DNA of 64,000 nt from NCBI GenBank assembly GCA_034780895.1, contig JAUZTB010000135.1, positions 49,271,255 through 49,335,254 on the forward strand, in the 5' to 3' direction. Source of the DNA: Rhynchobatus australiae (Eukaryota). The notes under the pieces were generated by a model that was given only the letters and a program-made list of their open reading frames with translations, did not search any database and was not told the origin of the DNA. Below, in pieces: positions 39,621-52,539 of the stretch. A program made the position numbers and the translations under genes. Each line of letters starts with the position of its first letter. Positions within the stretch are counted from its first letter, which is position 1.

Positions 39621-40921
39621 GACACGATATGCCCTTCTGCATTTAAAGTCCACTTCATGAGTTTGCTTGCCTCTGACTTCCATGCCAATGAATTGCAGCA
39701 TGAAGATCAGGGATGAGGTAGAGATCAGCTATCAGTGCATCTGAGCTCCCTTTCCATCAGTGGCATTGAATCCAAGATTGGCACGCAAATACCCTGAGCT
39801 GAGGGGCTGCATGCTTTGTGTTATTGCTTATGCATGTACCGCAGAGCCATTATTTGAATCGTGTCTTCACCTTGTTAGAAGAGGAAAAGTGCAGATAAGT
39901 GGCTTGCATGTTTCTCCTTTATTTTACACAAAGTTTTTAATTAATTTATAGAATGTGTATGTCCTCCTTGGTTAACAAAAGGGTCCCATTCCTGAGAACT
40001 GTTCATACCAGAAATGCAGCCGCCCAGCAATATACTTGAATACAAACATAGGTGCAAACATCAGTTCAGCAGCTCCAATCCTATTCATAATCAAAGACAA
40101 AATGAGTTCATACTTTTATGCCACTATTACAAGGATACCTGCAAAATTCAGTCACTAAAGTAATGGTGTGTTATATTAGCTATTAGCTGCAAAGTTTCAG
40201 ATCTAAATCAGCAAAAAAGTACCATAAATAATATTCCATGTTGTAATTTAGCTGTTGATTTGAAACAGTATGTGTTTGTTCTCTTGAGTACCAATTTTTA
40301 CTTGACTAGCTTATCCAAACCAGGGTGATAGTGAAGCTAAAGAAATTGTGGTCAGGCACTGGTCTGTTCGTGTTCCAACATCAGATTTACTGGCACTTGT
40401 TACAGAATCTGATGGAGCCTCATTATTATAGGCAAACTGGAGTTCCAAAATGTAAATTGGGCTAAACATAATTTTGACAGATAATTGGGCCTAGCATGAA
40501 CTTTGCATATACAACCCAGCTGATCCAAGTACTTAGCCAAACAATAATATAACTCATTATTTGCATGGGGCTAGATAAAGCACTGGAGCTTGTACAGGCT
40601 TCGAAGAAAAATATAGGGGCACTGTCCCCCCAGAATTACCAACATCTACCCCTACCTCCACAACAATATCCTCCACTGTATCAACCTCCCTGCCAACAGG
40701 ACTGGGATCCATACTGCCCAATATTGCTCCTACACTTGTAACCTATTCTCAGATATACATTTTACTTCAATGTATTACCTGTATGAATGTCAAAAGTATC
40801 AAAATATTAGACAGTCTTTGGTCAACTTTCAACAATCATTTTTACCATATCTTTTCTGTTCTTTATTGTAATTTGATCCTCTTAATTCCTTTTGAATTTA
40901 ACCTTTTTTCTGCTTACATAG

Positions 40922-41035
40922 AAGAAAAAACGGGATACCAACAAAGTATTAGCAAAAGAAGTCAACATTCACGTCACAAAAAGCATCTGTTCAATTGAAT
41001 CAGAAGGAAGAAAAATGGAAAACTGTGTGAAATAA
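40922..41035 (+). CDS. BAALC: BAALC last coding exon (equivalent of human exon 8)
   Basis: Acceptor ccttttttctgcttacatAG; translates KKKRDTNKVLAKEVNIHVTKSICSIESEGRKMENCVK*, aligning with human AKRDAKRMPAKEVTINVTDSI...KNCVN*; TAA at 41033-41035. Absent from the ORF track in this frame. Confidence 0.92.
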   Translation, partial: KKKRDTNKVLAKEVNIHVTKSICSIESEGRKMENCVK

Positions 41036-44000
41036 AAAAATCAATTTAACATGGATCTTACAGAAAAATCAATGCTGTTTGCACTTTACAGAAGTTCCAT
41101 TGCCACAAAAAGACTTGAAGAAATAAAATGCATAAAAATCGTCAAAGCTGAGCTGTGCCTTGAGAACCAATATCTGAAGATTCATTCAATGATTAGATCT
41201 TCAAAAAAGAATAGAGCTGTAATCAATATGCCAAAATGTATGTATGATTTCACTGGAATTCTGAATACACTTAAAATCTTAAGTAACCTGAAATATGCAT
41301 GTAGGTTTTCTTATAAATCTATTGCACACAGAGTCAAATGAATAATTTTACACTAATTATCAAGAACACTTCAGTTCTTAGTAACCTGGACAGCGGTTCT
41401 TAAACTTCTTTGAAATACTTTTGCTTATTTTTCATTGTCTTTCTGTTGCCCAGGTACATAACATTACATTTTCATGGATAGAACCAATTCCAACAGATGC
41501 CACTCCAAATAGTTGAATATTGCCCAACAGAAATGTAAAATAATTATGCCACTGTCTTCTGTTCCATCTGGTTAATCGTCCAAATTAATATTAATATCTT
41601 CTTCTTTTTGACATAGCAGTTACCACCCACGACCTAATGTTTCACAAGCAGCATAGTGAGACTAAAGATAATTATTTGAGCATTGTCAGTACTGCTGTAA
41701 GACTTCTTGATGAGGTACGGGGTTCATCACAAGTCCTCCTGAGTCAGAGCACCTTGCCATCACCCAGCATTCCATAGATAAGTCTTCCAGAGGAAATGCA
41801 CAATTTGCCCACCATGTGGCAACGTATTTTACTACACTGAAGTTATAAATGATGTCATTAAGCAAAATGGGAATTCGTAACTCCTTCACATTTTGTTTCT
41901 ATATCCTAGTGTCCCTGTTACTCAGTCATTCATTATATATGTTAGTTGGTTTCACGTCATACCCTCTACTCTAGAAGGTATCTAATGTTGAACTGAGGAA
42001 CCAGACTATTACAGATATCAGAAGCTCATCAGTATCTTACACAAGGCTGTGGACTTAGAAGTGCAAATAGATTGCAGAAAGAAAATATTATTCAGCTGAA
42101 GCGGTCTACGTTTACCCTTCATAAGATTAAAAAAATCTTAATCATGTTTAGGTGCTCTACTCCCATACCCCTTCATCCTCTTACCCCCCTCCTCCTTAAT
42201 TCAGCCAGTCAATCTCATCTTGAATATTGCTATTCAACCACCATTATTAAACACAGCACTAATCTATATTTATGTAAGCTTCATTGCAAATAATTGGATA
42301 TCAGTTAAAATTGGGAACTCTAGTTTTGACTTTTCATTGCTACCACAGAGAAGTACACACTTGAAATATCAAAAGAGACAGGTAATTCAGGTATTTGTTT
42401 AAAACGTTCCTTCTTAATGAAACACCATTCAACAATGTAAATGTTTACAAAGTTTAGGGCTCGGTGTTTTTTTTTCCCCACTGCAAATCACTTAAAATTG
42501 GTCAAACTATCTGAACAATTAAGGAATTTCCAAAATAAAGTCAGAACAACATTTTAATCTGGTTAAAAAAAACTTTTATTTTGAAAGCTGGTCCTGTCCA
42601 AAAACTGTCCATATTCCCAGATTGAATTAATCCCCACAGCAAGTTTCTACTAACTTTGCCCGTCTGTAGGGTTTCATAGGAAATCTTGAAGTTATTTTTG
42701 TTTAGGTACAAGAGTACTCATCGGCACCATTTAAAAGCTTTAAACTATTTTAAAAAGTCATTTATATGAAATTGACTACCAAACAGCAAAAATGGAAGAC
42801 AATTCTTTATAGCTGCTAAATTCAGTTTTAGCTATTTAAAACACATTTACTCAGAGGTGATTGACCATACATTCTTACCAAAAATGTTTATTTTTATAAT
42901 AAATCACCTTTCAGTTGTATTAAGAAATTTACACTATGATGTCACTCCAATACTTTTGGATACAAGAAAAATATAATCAATCTTGTTTTTAAAATACCAA
43001 CTGAATGTGCTGGGAGAGGGAAGTTTTAAACTATACAACCAAGTTCACATGTTTGAACCATAAACTTGCACTATTTTAAACACAAAATGTTGGATTGTTG
43101 ATTGAACCCAAAGTGAAAAATCATCAACGTTTTACGTGAGAGAGGAATATATATGTAACTTTGAATTTATTATGAATTAGCATAGATCAATGACATGACT
43201 CCCCATTATTGTCATCAAATACATTCACGGTATCCCCCGATGTGATGCTCATGATTGCTAATACCTAATTTTGCAGAAGGACTTTGATAATGCATTGCAA
43301 GTATTTTATTTAATACATTAAGAAAGTTTTCCTATTTCTTTCTGCATTGTTTGAAGACCATGTATTTGGAGATGATTTTTGAATCTCAATTTGGAAAGAT
43401 TGTCTATGTATATAGATGATTACTTAAATCATCTATATACATAGTTTCATTAACTTGCTTGAATTTTTTATTGAAGCAAAACCTCTATCAAAAAGAGCCC
43501 AGCTATGGCATATGGCCTACTGAATCATTACATAACTGGAAAAACAGCCTTAAGACTCCCTTAAGAAGGTTAGAAAACATAACTGCAGACAAGATGTGGC
43601 CCAGTGTGCATTCAATGTGAATTCATCTCAAAGTTTTAATATTAATTATTCACCTCCCAGTGCCTGAAAATCATATACGACTTTGTATCAGGAGAGATTT
43701 TCATACTCAGCGTGAATATACATATCTCTTCAGTATATTCTAGGCTACATTTCTCAAATTATTTTGATAACAGCTAAAGGTGATGGTAGTTTATTCTCAT
43801 TACATTTGTTTAATCTTTATTGAAAGTATTAAGACTTCACAAAAAGTGTAAAAAAAAAGTATGCTTCACATAGGGGAATACATAATATTGTTTAATGTCG
43901 GACGCCAATTTCAACTTTCTGTGGATTGTTGAAAAGATTTGCATCTGAAAAGGGCACCTGCTTTGCTCATGTGCCAAATACTTAAGAAAAAATCCAGCAG

Positions 44001-44975
44001 TCTTATTCAAATAAATATCTATTCAGTGATGGACAATTTCTTTGACATTTTGTATGCATACTTTCAGTAATTTAGTTATTCAGTTTTGATTACATTTAAT
44101 TCAGAGGGATGTTCGAAATATTTCTGTGCAGCTTCTATCTCATTATTCACATTTAACTTTTAGAACCAAATATAAAATGTCTTTTTCCTATATGAAGCTC
44201 CATGCACCTTGCTGGCATGAATAATGTCTATACATGCTACAAATGAGGTCCAAATAAACTGAAACAACAATGCTTATTTTATCAAAATTTGCTTGCCAGA
44301 GAGTTTAAGGTCTTACACCCTAATTGAATAATTTTACAACCACGTACCGATCGCTAAAGAAGCTGCTATCAACAAGAAACTGAAATTTCCATTATGAAAG
44401 CAATTTCCAAACAAAAATGGAATACGAATTTGTTGTGAACTTTTTGAAGGCTGTTTTGTCAAGAATCTGAAAGTCATGGTTTCAAATAGGGCCTCCAGTG
44501 TTAGAACCATGCAGCTGAAGCAATCAATAACAATGAAAAGTAAACAGAACAAATGCTGATTCCCAGTTTGCTGTCACCATTGTATTAATAATACCTGAGG
44601 CTTCCGAGACAGATCTCCTAGAATCATATTACAAAACAGGCCAGTCATTTTAAGTATGGAATCGACTAGATAAGTATGGATTTTTGGTAGTTTATCTGGT
44701 TTGTTCTTTGTTCCTGAAAAGGAATAATCCATTGATTTATTTAATCTAATTCTTATCTTTCTAACTACCAACAGTTATTTTACTGTTACATCTGACATAT
44801 AATACGTTCCCAAGTAAGTTATGTACAATACACGTAATTGTGACATTGTCCATTGATTATGATGCTATATTATTTTAAAAGATTGTAAATCATTTTATCA
44901 CCACAAATGCAATTTTGACTGTGTGACAGTATAAAATAGTTTCATTTGTAAATAAAATTGAAATGACCAAATATT
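41036..44975 (+). other. BAALC: Putative long BAALC 3' UTR
   Basis: About 4 kb of AT-rich sequence without recognisable TE fragments after the stop; AATAAA at 44951-44956 followed by T/GT-rich sequence; TE fragments resume at ~45.5 kb. The end point is inferred. Confidence 0.5.
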
Positions 44976-45529
44976 TGTTCTGATCCTTTCTCCTTGTCTG
45001 TGACAACTGTAGCTTATTGAAGATTGTTGCTACATCAACAAATCAGATTACAAACCATTTGCCTCATTGACCCACCTAAATTGCAGAATCATGTTGAGTA
45101 TATTCATCACATATACCCCAGCAAAAGGTAGCTTCATCATCTCCCATAATTCATAGATGTTTGCTTCAGAATAAATTTTAGTCTTATGATGTGTTTGTTT
45201 CTTTGTAAATTACTTCACAATGAAGAGGCTCATCAAAATTTGATGTGGGCAGCTAACTTGAAAATTAGTCAAAAATATCAAATACATCACATACATACAT
45301 ACATACTTAAGGGGCTACATGGTAACTTCTTCCCACCTGCATCTTGAAATTCTTTATTAAAAGTTGAATTTCAAATTCATTCAGAAATTATTATTGAAAT
45401 TAATTGGCCAATAATTATTACATCCATATGACTTTTCTACTTCTTTTATTTTAATTCTGACTGCAGCTTATTTATTTAAACAGTTTCAAAATGATGGTTT
45501 ATCATTACCCCTTGATGATCAGCACCTTT

Positions 45530-46525
45530 GAATTCTCAGTGTTTGTAAATCTTCCTCTTCTCCATAAAATCTTTGACCCTGTCATCATCCAAATCTATGA
45601 TCAACTTTCCTGTACCTCCATCTTTAATCAAGTTTCTACCTCTGTCACAATCATAAACAACATCCATTTGATTGGGACAACAAACTATTTGACCTCCCTG
45701 CAGCCTTTGACCCAATGGACTGGACAGCCCTCTGATGCGTCTCCTCTGCTGGAAATATGAAATAAAACCAGAAAGTGCTGGAAATCCCCAGCTGGTCAGA
45801 AAGAGAAACAGGCTTAACATTTCAGGTCAAAGATCCTTTGTTAGGATAGAATTCTCAATTTTCTCTGTGTTATTAGATTGCTTATCTAATATTCTTCGCA
45901 TGAATTAAAAATTTCCTCCACTGCAAAGACTAAACCCATCATCTTCAAGCCAATTCATAATCTCCATATTTTTGCCACTGATGCCATCCCTCTTATCGGC
46001 ACCATTTCACGCAGCCTATTTGCAACCTTAGCATCCTATTCATCCCAGGAATGCGTTCCAACCCCTAAGTTTTTCAATCATAAAGAATGACTGTTTCCAC
46101 TTTCATCTTTAATGTTAGCTACACCTCACATTACCTGCAGCTGAAATCTTCATCCATATATTTTTCATCCCAGTATTCTCAAATTCTCCAATAAATTGAC
46201 CTCCAAAACTGTGAGATCCATATACTATTCTGCACCAAAGTCTGTTCACTCCACGTTGGCTCCTAGTCCCCTACAATTCAAAATGATCAATCATAGGGTT
46301 AGGATTGTGCATGCATCTCCTTCCCTCTTCAACCTGCTCCATCCCCACATATCTCTGGAATTCTCCAATTCTAGTGTCTTTTCTATCTGTATCTTGATTC
46401 CACCGTTGACAATTGAAGCTTGAATCGATTAGGCTCAAAGCTTTGTAATCCCATCCTGGATTGCTCTATCTCTTCTTATCGCTCCTCTAAAACCTTCTTT
46501 GAAACACATTCATTTGATCAAGCTT
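45530..46525 (+). mobile_element. Old L2-like LINE remnants
   Basis: DLPAAFD (LDLSAAFD-like) at ~45690 and a pyrimidine-rich L2-like 3' region. Confidence 0.45.
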
Positions 46526-49314
46526 TTAGTTATAACATCTAACAACATACACTTCCTTCATTTTTACAGGTAAAATTGGAATCAGAGGTATTCTAATGTC
46601 AATATTGAATGCAATGAGTTGCATAAAAGTTTGTAAGGAGGAAAACATCACTGCAGCAAAGAGCTGAAGAGATAGAGATGGTCTGTGAACTAAAATGCAA
46701 AAAAAAAGAAGCAGCATATCACCCACAGTGGCAAGGAACTACTCACAAACTATCCACCCAACACCAAGAAGCAGCTATAAATAAGAACATTTAAGTATGT
46801 TAAGCCTCTCGCTTATGGAGTCCACAACTAAATGGATGGAATCACAGAATGCAATTACCAAAATACTGTTAAAATGTCAGGACACTCTAATCAAAACAAT
46901 GTTTGAGTTAGTTATAAACTCTGTAAAGGTCAATGACACTTTACAGCTTTATGAAACTGTTATTTGTTCCGATCACACATGGCAGGTATAACTCCATTTA
47001 ACTGAGCCAGTCAGCTCATTAAACAGCTGTCAACAACCTGGTTTTCATCAATACATTATTTCTCACCTACCAAAATTAAACAGCAAAACTGGACCTTGAG
47101 CTCACTGAGCTCATCACCTGAATTCCTATCACATAATGCTTTGCATCGGATGTACTAATTTATACAGTTTACTCCCATACCTTGTAAAATGCAAGGCAAA
47201 CTAAATCTCAGAATCTCTCAACAATTTCTATAATTATTCGAGAAGTCAAGTTATTCTGAAGTTCAACTTGGACTTGCTGCTCCTGGTTCATGATACAGTT
47301 CATGCCTTATCACTCCACTTAAGTAATGGCCCCAAGATATCTGGAAAGGTGGGGAAGAGCATGCTGAAAATGACAGAAGTATCTATCAAGAGTGGGGATG
47401 AAGAGATCCTGCTAGTCTTAATAGCAGGATCACATTAAATGTTATTGGTTCACCTCCCATTCAGCAGCCGGTCAAATAGGTAGCCTAACCAGTGGGTGAA
47501 AGGGAACACCAGTAGGAGGAGACTTGGGAATCATCCTAACAATTGATAGGGGTGAAGGTTGGCATCTGGGCTGGGTCCAGAGTTCTGGGCACTTGCTTGT
47601 GATGGGCAGCCTCATTGGTAGAGACAATTTGCGGTCTGTGCGAGAATAGAGTAGCAGGCTTCAGTAACCAATTTCACCTGATTCTTTCTAGTGTCCTGTG
47701 CAATTTTCTACAGGCTGCTGTAGGAAACCACTTTCTTGGCGTAAAAATTACCTGTAGCACATTGATTATAAATTCTAAATGATGCACATTTTTCCAAGAA
47801 ACTTTAATGCTAAACTTGATAAAGTATTTTAAGTATTATATTTCTGGATTTTATCCTCCAAGCATCTGACAAACATATTTAAAAAAGGATATGTACACTA
47901 AGGTTATAGGAATGCTTATTTTGATATTCCTTGAGCGATACTGAACTGCCTCACTTACTGAAGTAGATCTTAAATTGAAGGTTGAGCCCTGCCTGACCAT
48001 TGACTAAAAGGACCGAACCCTACCTGAGGTGTCACTGAGGAGTCTGAAACATTCTTGAGTTTCACATGCAGTAGAATATCACAGATGGTGGCTCTTCTGC
48101 GTAACTGCCGCTGGCAGTTGCTCAGTGCTGCCCTAACGTGCAATTTTAGATATATTAAGTGTTGGAACCCAGTATTCACGTGATCCTGGAAAAAGTGTGT
48201 CTCAAACAGTTAAATTGGTAAGGACGATTAGTTATTTGACTCCCTCACTTCCTGGTGTAAGCATTTTCCATAGGTTTTGCCTGCCATATTGGGCCACGAT
48301 TGATAAGGGCCATTGAAGTTCTCTAGCTAATGGATAATGTAGAGATACAAGACACTGCCGATACTGGAATCTGGAGCAACAAACAAGCCACTCAAGAAGC
48401 TCAGCAGGACAAGCAGCATCTGTGTGGGGGGAGGAACTGATGACGTTTCAGGTTGAAACCCTGCATCAGGACTAAGAGTGGAGAGGGGAGATAGCCAGTA
48501 TTAAAAGGGGAGAGAGAGTGGTGAGACAGGGGCCAGAAGTTGATTGGTGGACTAAAGAGGAGTGAAGAGTGACAGGCACTCCTCACCCTTCCTTAACTGG
48601 CTTGATCTGCCCATCATCCTTCACCCTTCCTCAGTCCACCAGGTTCAATTCTGACTTCCAGTGCTGTCTGAGTGGAGTTTGCATACTCTCCCTGTGATCA
48701 CGTGGGTATCCTCCAGGTGCTCTGAGTTCCTCCCAATCCCAAAGATATGCAAATTTGTATGTTACTTGGCTACTGTAAATTGACCCTTATGTGTAGGTGA
48801 GTGGTAGAATCTGAGAGTAGTTGATGGGAATGAGAGTAGAATAAAATATGATTAGTGTAAAAGGATGATTGATGATCGGCTCAGACTCAGTGCACAGAAG
48901 GGCCCATTTCCCTGCTCTATGACCTTGATTCTATGACTATCTGGTTGCCAGTCAAGTGGAAAGGAAAACAAAGATTGCATTTACATGGTGATCAAAGGCC
49001 ATTCTAACTCACTTTGCAGCCAATGAAGTACTTTTGTAGTATTGCCATAGTTTTAAGGTTGAAAGCATGGAACAGAGCAATGAGATGACCTGTTTTCAAC
49101 CAGTAATATCCATTAAAGTATAAATACTAACCAGGATACTGGAGAGAATAATCCTAAAAAATTCACAACCGGAGAGTGCATATGGGACTTGACTGAAAGA
49201 ATTCAGACAAGAAGTTCCAGATAAGAAGCGCATGAATTTGGAAAGTTACAGTACATCCAAGGACAAGAAAAGAACACTGGCATTTGGGCTTATTTCCTAG
49301 GGTGAAAGAGTCAA

Positions 49315-50510
49315 GCATCTACTTTGACTACACCTCCTCCCACCCTGTCACTTGCAAGGACGCCATCCCCTTTTCTCAGTTCCTCCATCTCTGCTTTCTC
49401 CATCCTCCCCTCTCTGCTTTCTGCAGGGATCACTCTCTCTGTGATTCCCTCATCCGCTCATTCCTCTCCACTGATCCCCCTCCCTCTCCAGGCACTCACA
49501 CCTGTAACCACATAAAGTGTTACACCTGCCCCTACACCTCCTCGTTCACCACCATCCAGGGCCCTAAACAGTCCTTCCAGGTAAGGCAGTCTTTCATATT
49601 TGAATCCTGTGGTGTTACTTATTGCATCGAGTGTTCCCATTGCGGACTCCTCTACATCAGTGAGACCTGACGTAGACTGGGTGACCACTTTGCCGAGCAC
49701 CTTCGCTCAGACCACCGCACCAGCTGGGATCTCCCGGTGGCCAGCCATTTTAATTCCACTTCCCAATCCCAAACCAACATATCTGTCCACAGCCTCCTCC
49801 ACTGCCAGGTGAGAGGAACAGCACCTTGTATTCTGCCTGGGCAGTCTCCAACCTGAATGCATGAACATCAAATTCTCAAACTTCTAGGAACTGCTCCCCC
49901 TCTGCCCCTTTTCCCTTTTCTCTCTCCACCTAATCCAACCAATCCCCATCACTCTATCTCTTTCCTCTTCCCCACCCTCTACATCTGCCCATCACCCACA
50001 CACTCCTCCTACTGGTTCCCCTCCCCACCTCCCTCCCTTTATTCCATACTCCACCTTCCTCTCTTATCAGATTCCATCATTTTCAGCCCTATGTCACTTA
50101 CATCTTATCAGCCCACAGCTTGTGACATCATTCCTACTCTCCCCCTCATCTGGATCAACCTTTCACCTGCCAGCTCTTGTTCCACCACTTCCCTCCACCT
50201 TTTTATACTGCCTATCTCCCTTCTTTCTTTCAGTCCAGATGAAGGGTCTCAAACCAAAACGTTGATACTCCATNNNNNNNNNNNNNNNNNNNNNNNNNNN
50301 NNNNNNNNNNNNNNNNNNNNNNNNNNNNNNNNNNNNNNNNNNNNNNNNNNNNNNNNNNNNNNNNNNNNNNNNNCCTTTTTATACTGCCTATCTCCGTTCT
50401 TTCTTTCAGTCCAGATGAAGGGTCTCAAACCAAAACGTTGATACTCCATTTCCCTCCAATAGATGCTGCCCGACTCCCTGAGTTCCTCCAGCACTTTGTA
50501 TGTTGCTCAA
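49315..50510 (+). mobile_element. Penelope-like element with GIY-YIG endonuclease remnant
   Basis: YFDYTSSHPVTCKDAIPFSQF, C..C.TCPY, and VTYCIECSHCGLLYISET, followed by a pyrimidine-rich region and terminal gatgctgcccgactccctgagttcctccagca. Confidence 0.85.
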
Positions 50511-52539
50511 GAGTCAAGCACTGACATTTTGAGGAGGGGGATGATGGTAGCATATTTGAAAGAGAGGGGGCCTGCCTTTGAAGAGAGAGGAACATTAACA
50601 ATGGGTCAGTGAGCCAACAGCTCCACAGAGAATCGCCCATTAGCTGCAGTACACATTAGCACATTCCTGAATTCCATACCTGTGCTGCGCAGCATGGAGT
50701 TACATAATGCTCTGGAAATCAGGCACAGATGCATCTGGCCTCTCACTTCATTCCTAGACTCACCACTGAATGGGGTTGCTGACCTTAATTATAATGGTAA
50801 ATTTAGCTTTTATTTTTATGTATCTCCCTCTTTTCCCTGTTTATATTTATTAATTTACAGTATTTTAAAGAGTATTTGAATATCTTTTTGATTTTGCTTA
50901 ACCAATTTGTTTCACACGTAACTCAATTTCAGTTGATTAGCAGGGGTAATCTGATTATCAGGGATATTTAAAAATAGTGAACAAGGCCCCTGACCAAAAT
51001 GAAGTCTAATTGTCATCATGCTGGTGATGGGAGCAGGGCCTCAGAATGCATCATCTCAAAGTCTGTGACCACAGCGTCGAGGTTATTAGGAATTGCATGG
51101 TCAGAAAAGGTTAGTGCAGCCACAGGGTGTGTTTTTGTATGGGGGGGGAGGTGGTAGGAGGAAGGGAGGCCAAGGACAGTTGTGAGTTGGACTGAGTACA
51201 ATCCAGACCAAAGGGCAAGAATAGAAGCTATGTGGTCAGGAGTTTTTGAGCTAATGTTTCAGGTCAATGTCCTCTCATCAGCCTACTTCTGATGAAAGAT
51301 TGTTGACCTGGAATGTAAACTGTTTCTCTATCCACAGGCACTGCCTGATCTAACATACTAAAATTAACAATATTGTTTTAATGATAAAAGCCTCAATCTT
51401 AAATAAATGATGCCACTTTGTAAATTGGATCTTAATTGCAATGTTAAGAAGCAATGGAGGTGATATTTTGACCAAAACTATAGCAGTAACTGAAAATCTG
51501 CAGCAGGATATAACGAAGCTATGTCAAATTGTATCTGTTGATCATTATGAAGAACAATCTATGAGAATGTGTCTTTAAGTATCTACTTATTTAATAACGA
51601 TATGCTCAGTGTTACAATAAACGTTGGCTGATATGAGTCATCTTTTCAACCAATGGTAGCAGCTAAATTCAATGATGATTAATGGCCCGGGGCTAAACAG
51701 ATCGCCTCAGTGATCCTGGCCAACTCCGCACTGCAGTTATTCAGGCCCCATAATGACTTTACTAATTTCAGTAATCCTTTCAACTGGTGGCTTTGTATGA
51801 GTCATAATCATACAGAGATACAGCACGGAAACAAACCATTCCATGCACCGAGTCTATGCAGACCATCAAGCAACCATTTACACTGATCTTATCCAAACGC
51901 ATTTTTATACACCCTACATTCCCAGCAATCCCCATCCAATCCATACCACCCCCTACACACTAGGGACAATTTTCATGTCCATTTAGCCTTTCAACCTGTA
52001 CGTCTTTGGGACATGGTGGAAGACCCACGCTGTCACAGACACCAAGTCGGGCCGCAGCAGTTCTTGTGGCAGAGAAGACTGCAAAACAGTATAGTTTGTG
52101 AAGGAGGGAATGAATCACAGCATAATCGACAGTCACTGTTCTATTCATTATGCTGTGATGCGAAATCGCCACTTGGTTTTCAGTGCAGGCATGAATGGCA
52201 ATAGAAGATTACAGGTGGTAGGAATTTATTGTAAGACTTAAAGTGAAGGATAAACTTTATGTTTGTAAGGATTCGGTAAGGTGATGCGGGTAAAAAAAGG
52301 CCTGATCTTTGTTACATGATAGGACAGCCTCCACCCCACTATACAGACAGATCACTTGGAGAAGGGAAGTGAACAACCATGCTACTTTACTCACTCTTGC
52401 CTTCTTTCGCCGAAAACACCGACCTCTCACCCCATGACATTGTGGCAATCCCCTTGTGAATGGATGTTTGATTTTCTCGATCTGTACCGCATGAACCATA
52501 CAAAATGCAGTCGTTCCACGCCCCCCATGTCCCCAAACT

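Noticed and set aside
50198-50449. ~75-bp direct repeat flanking a 100-N gap
   Set aside because: Probably a contig-end or allelic overlap; cannot be told apart from a Penelope tandem terminus without reads.
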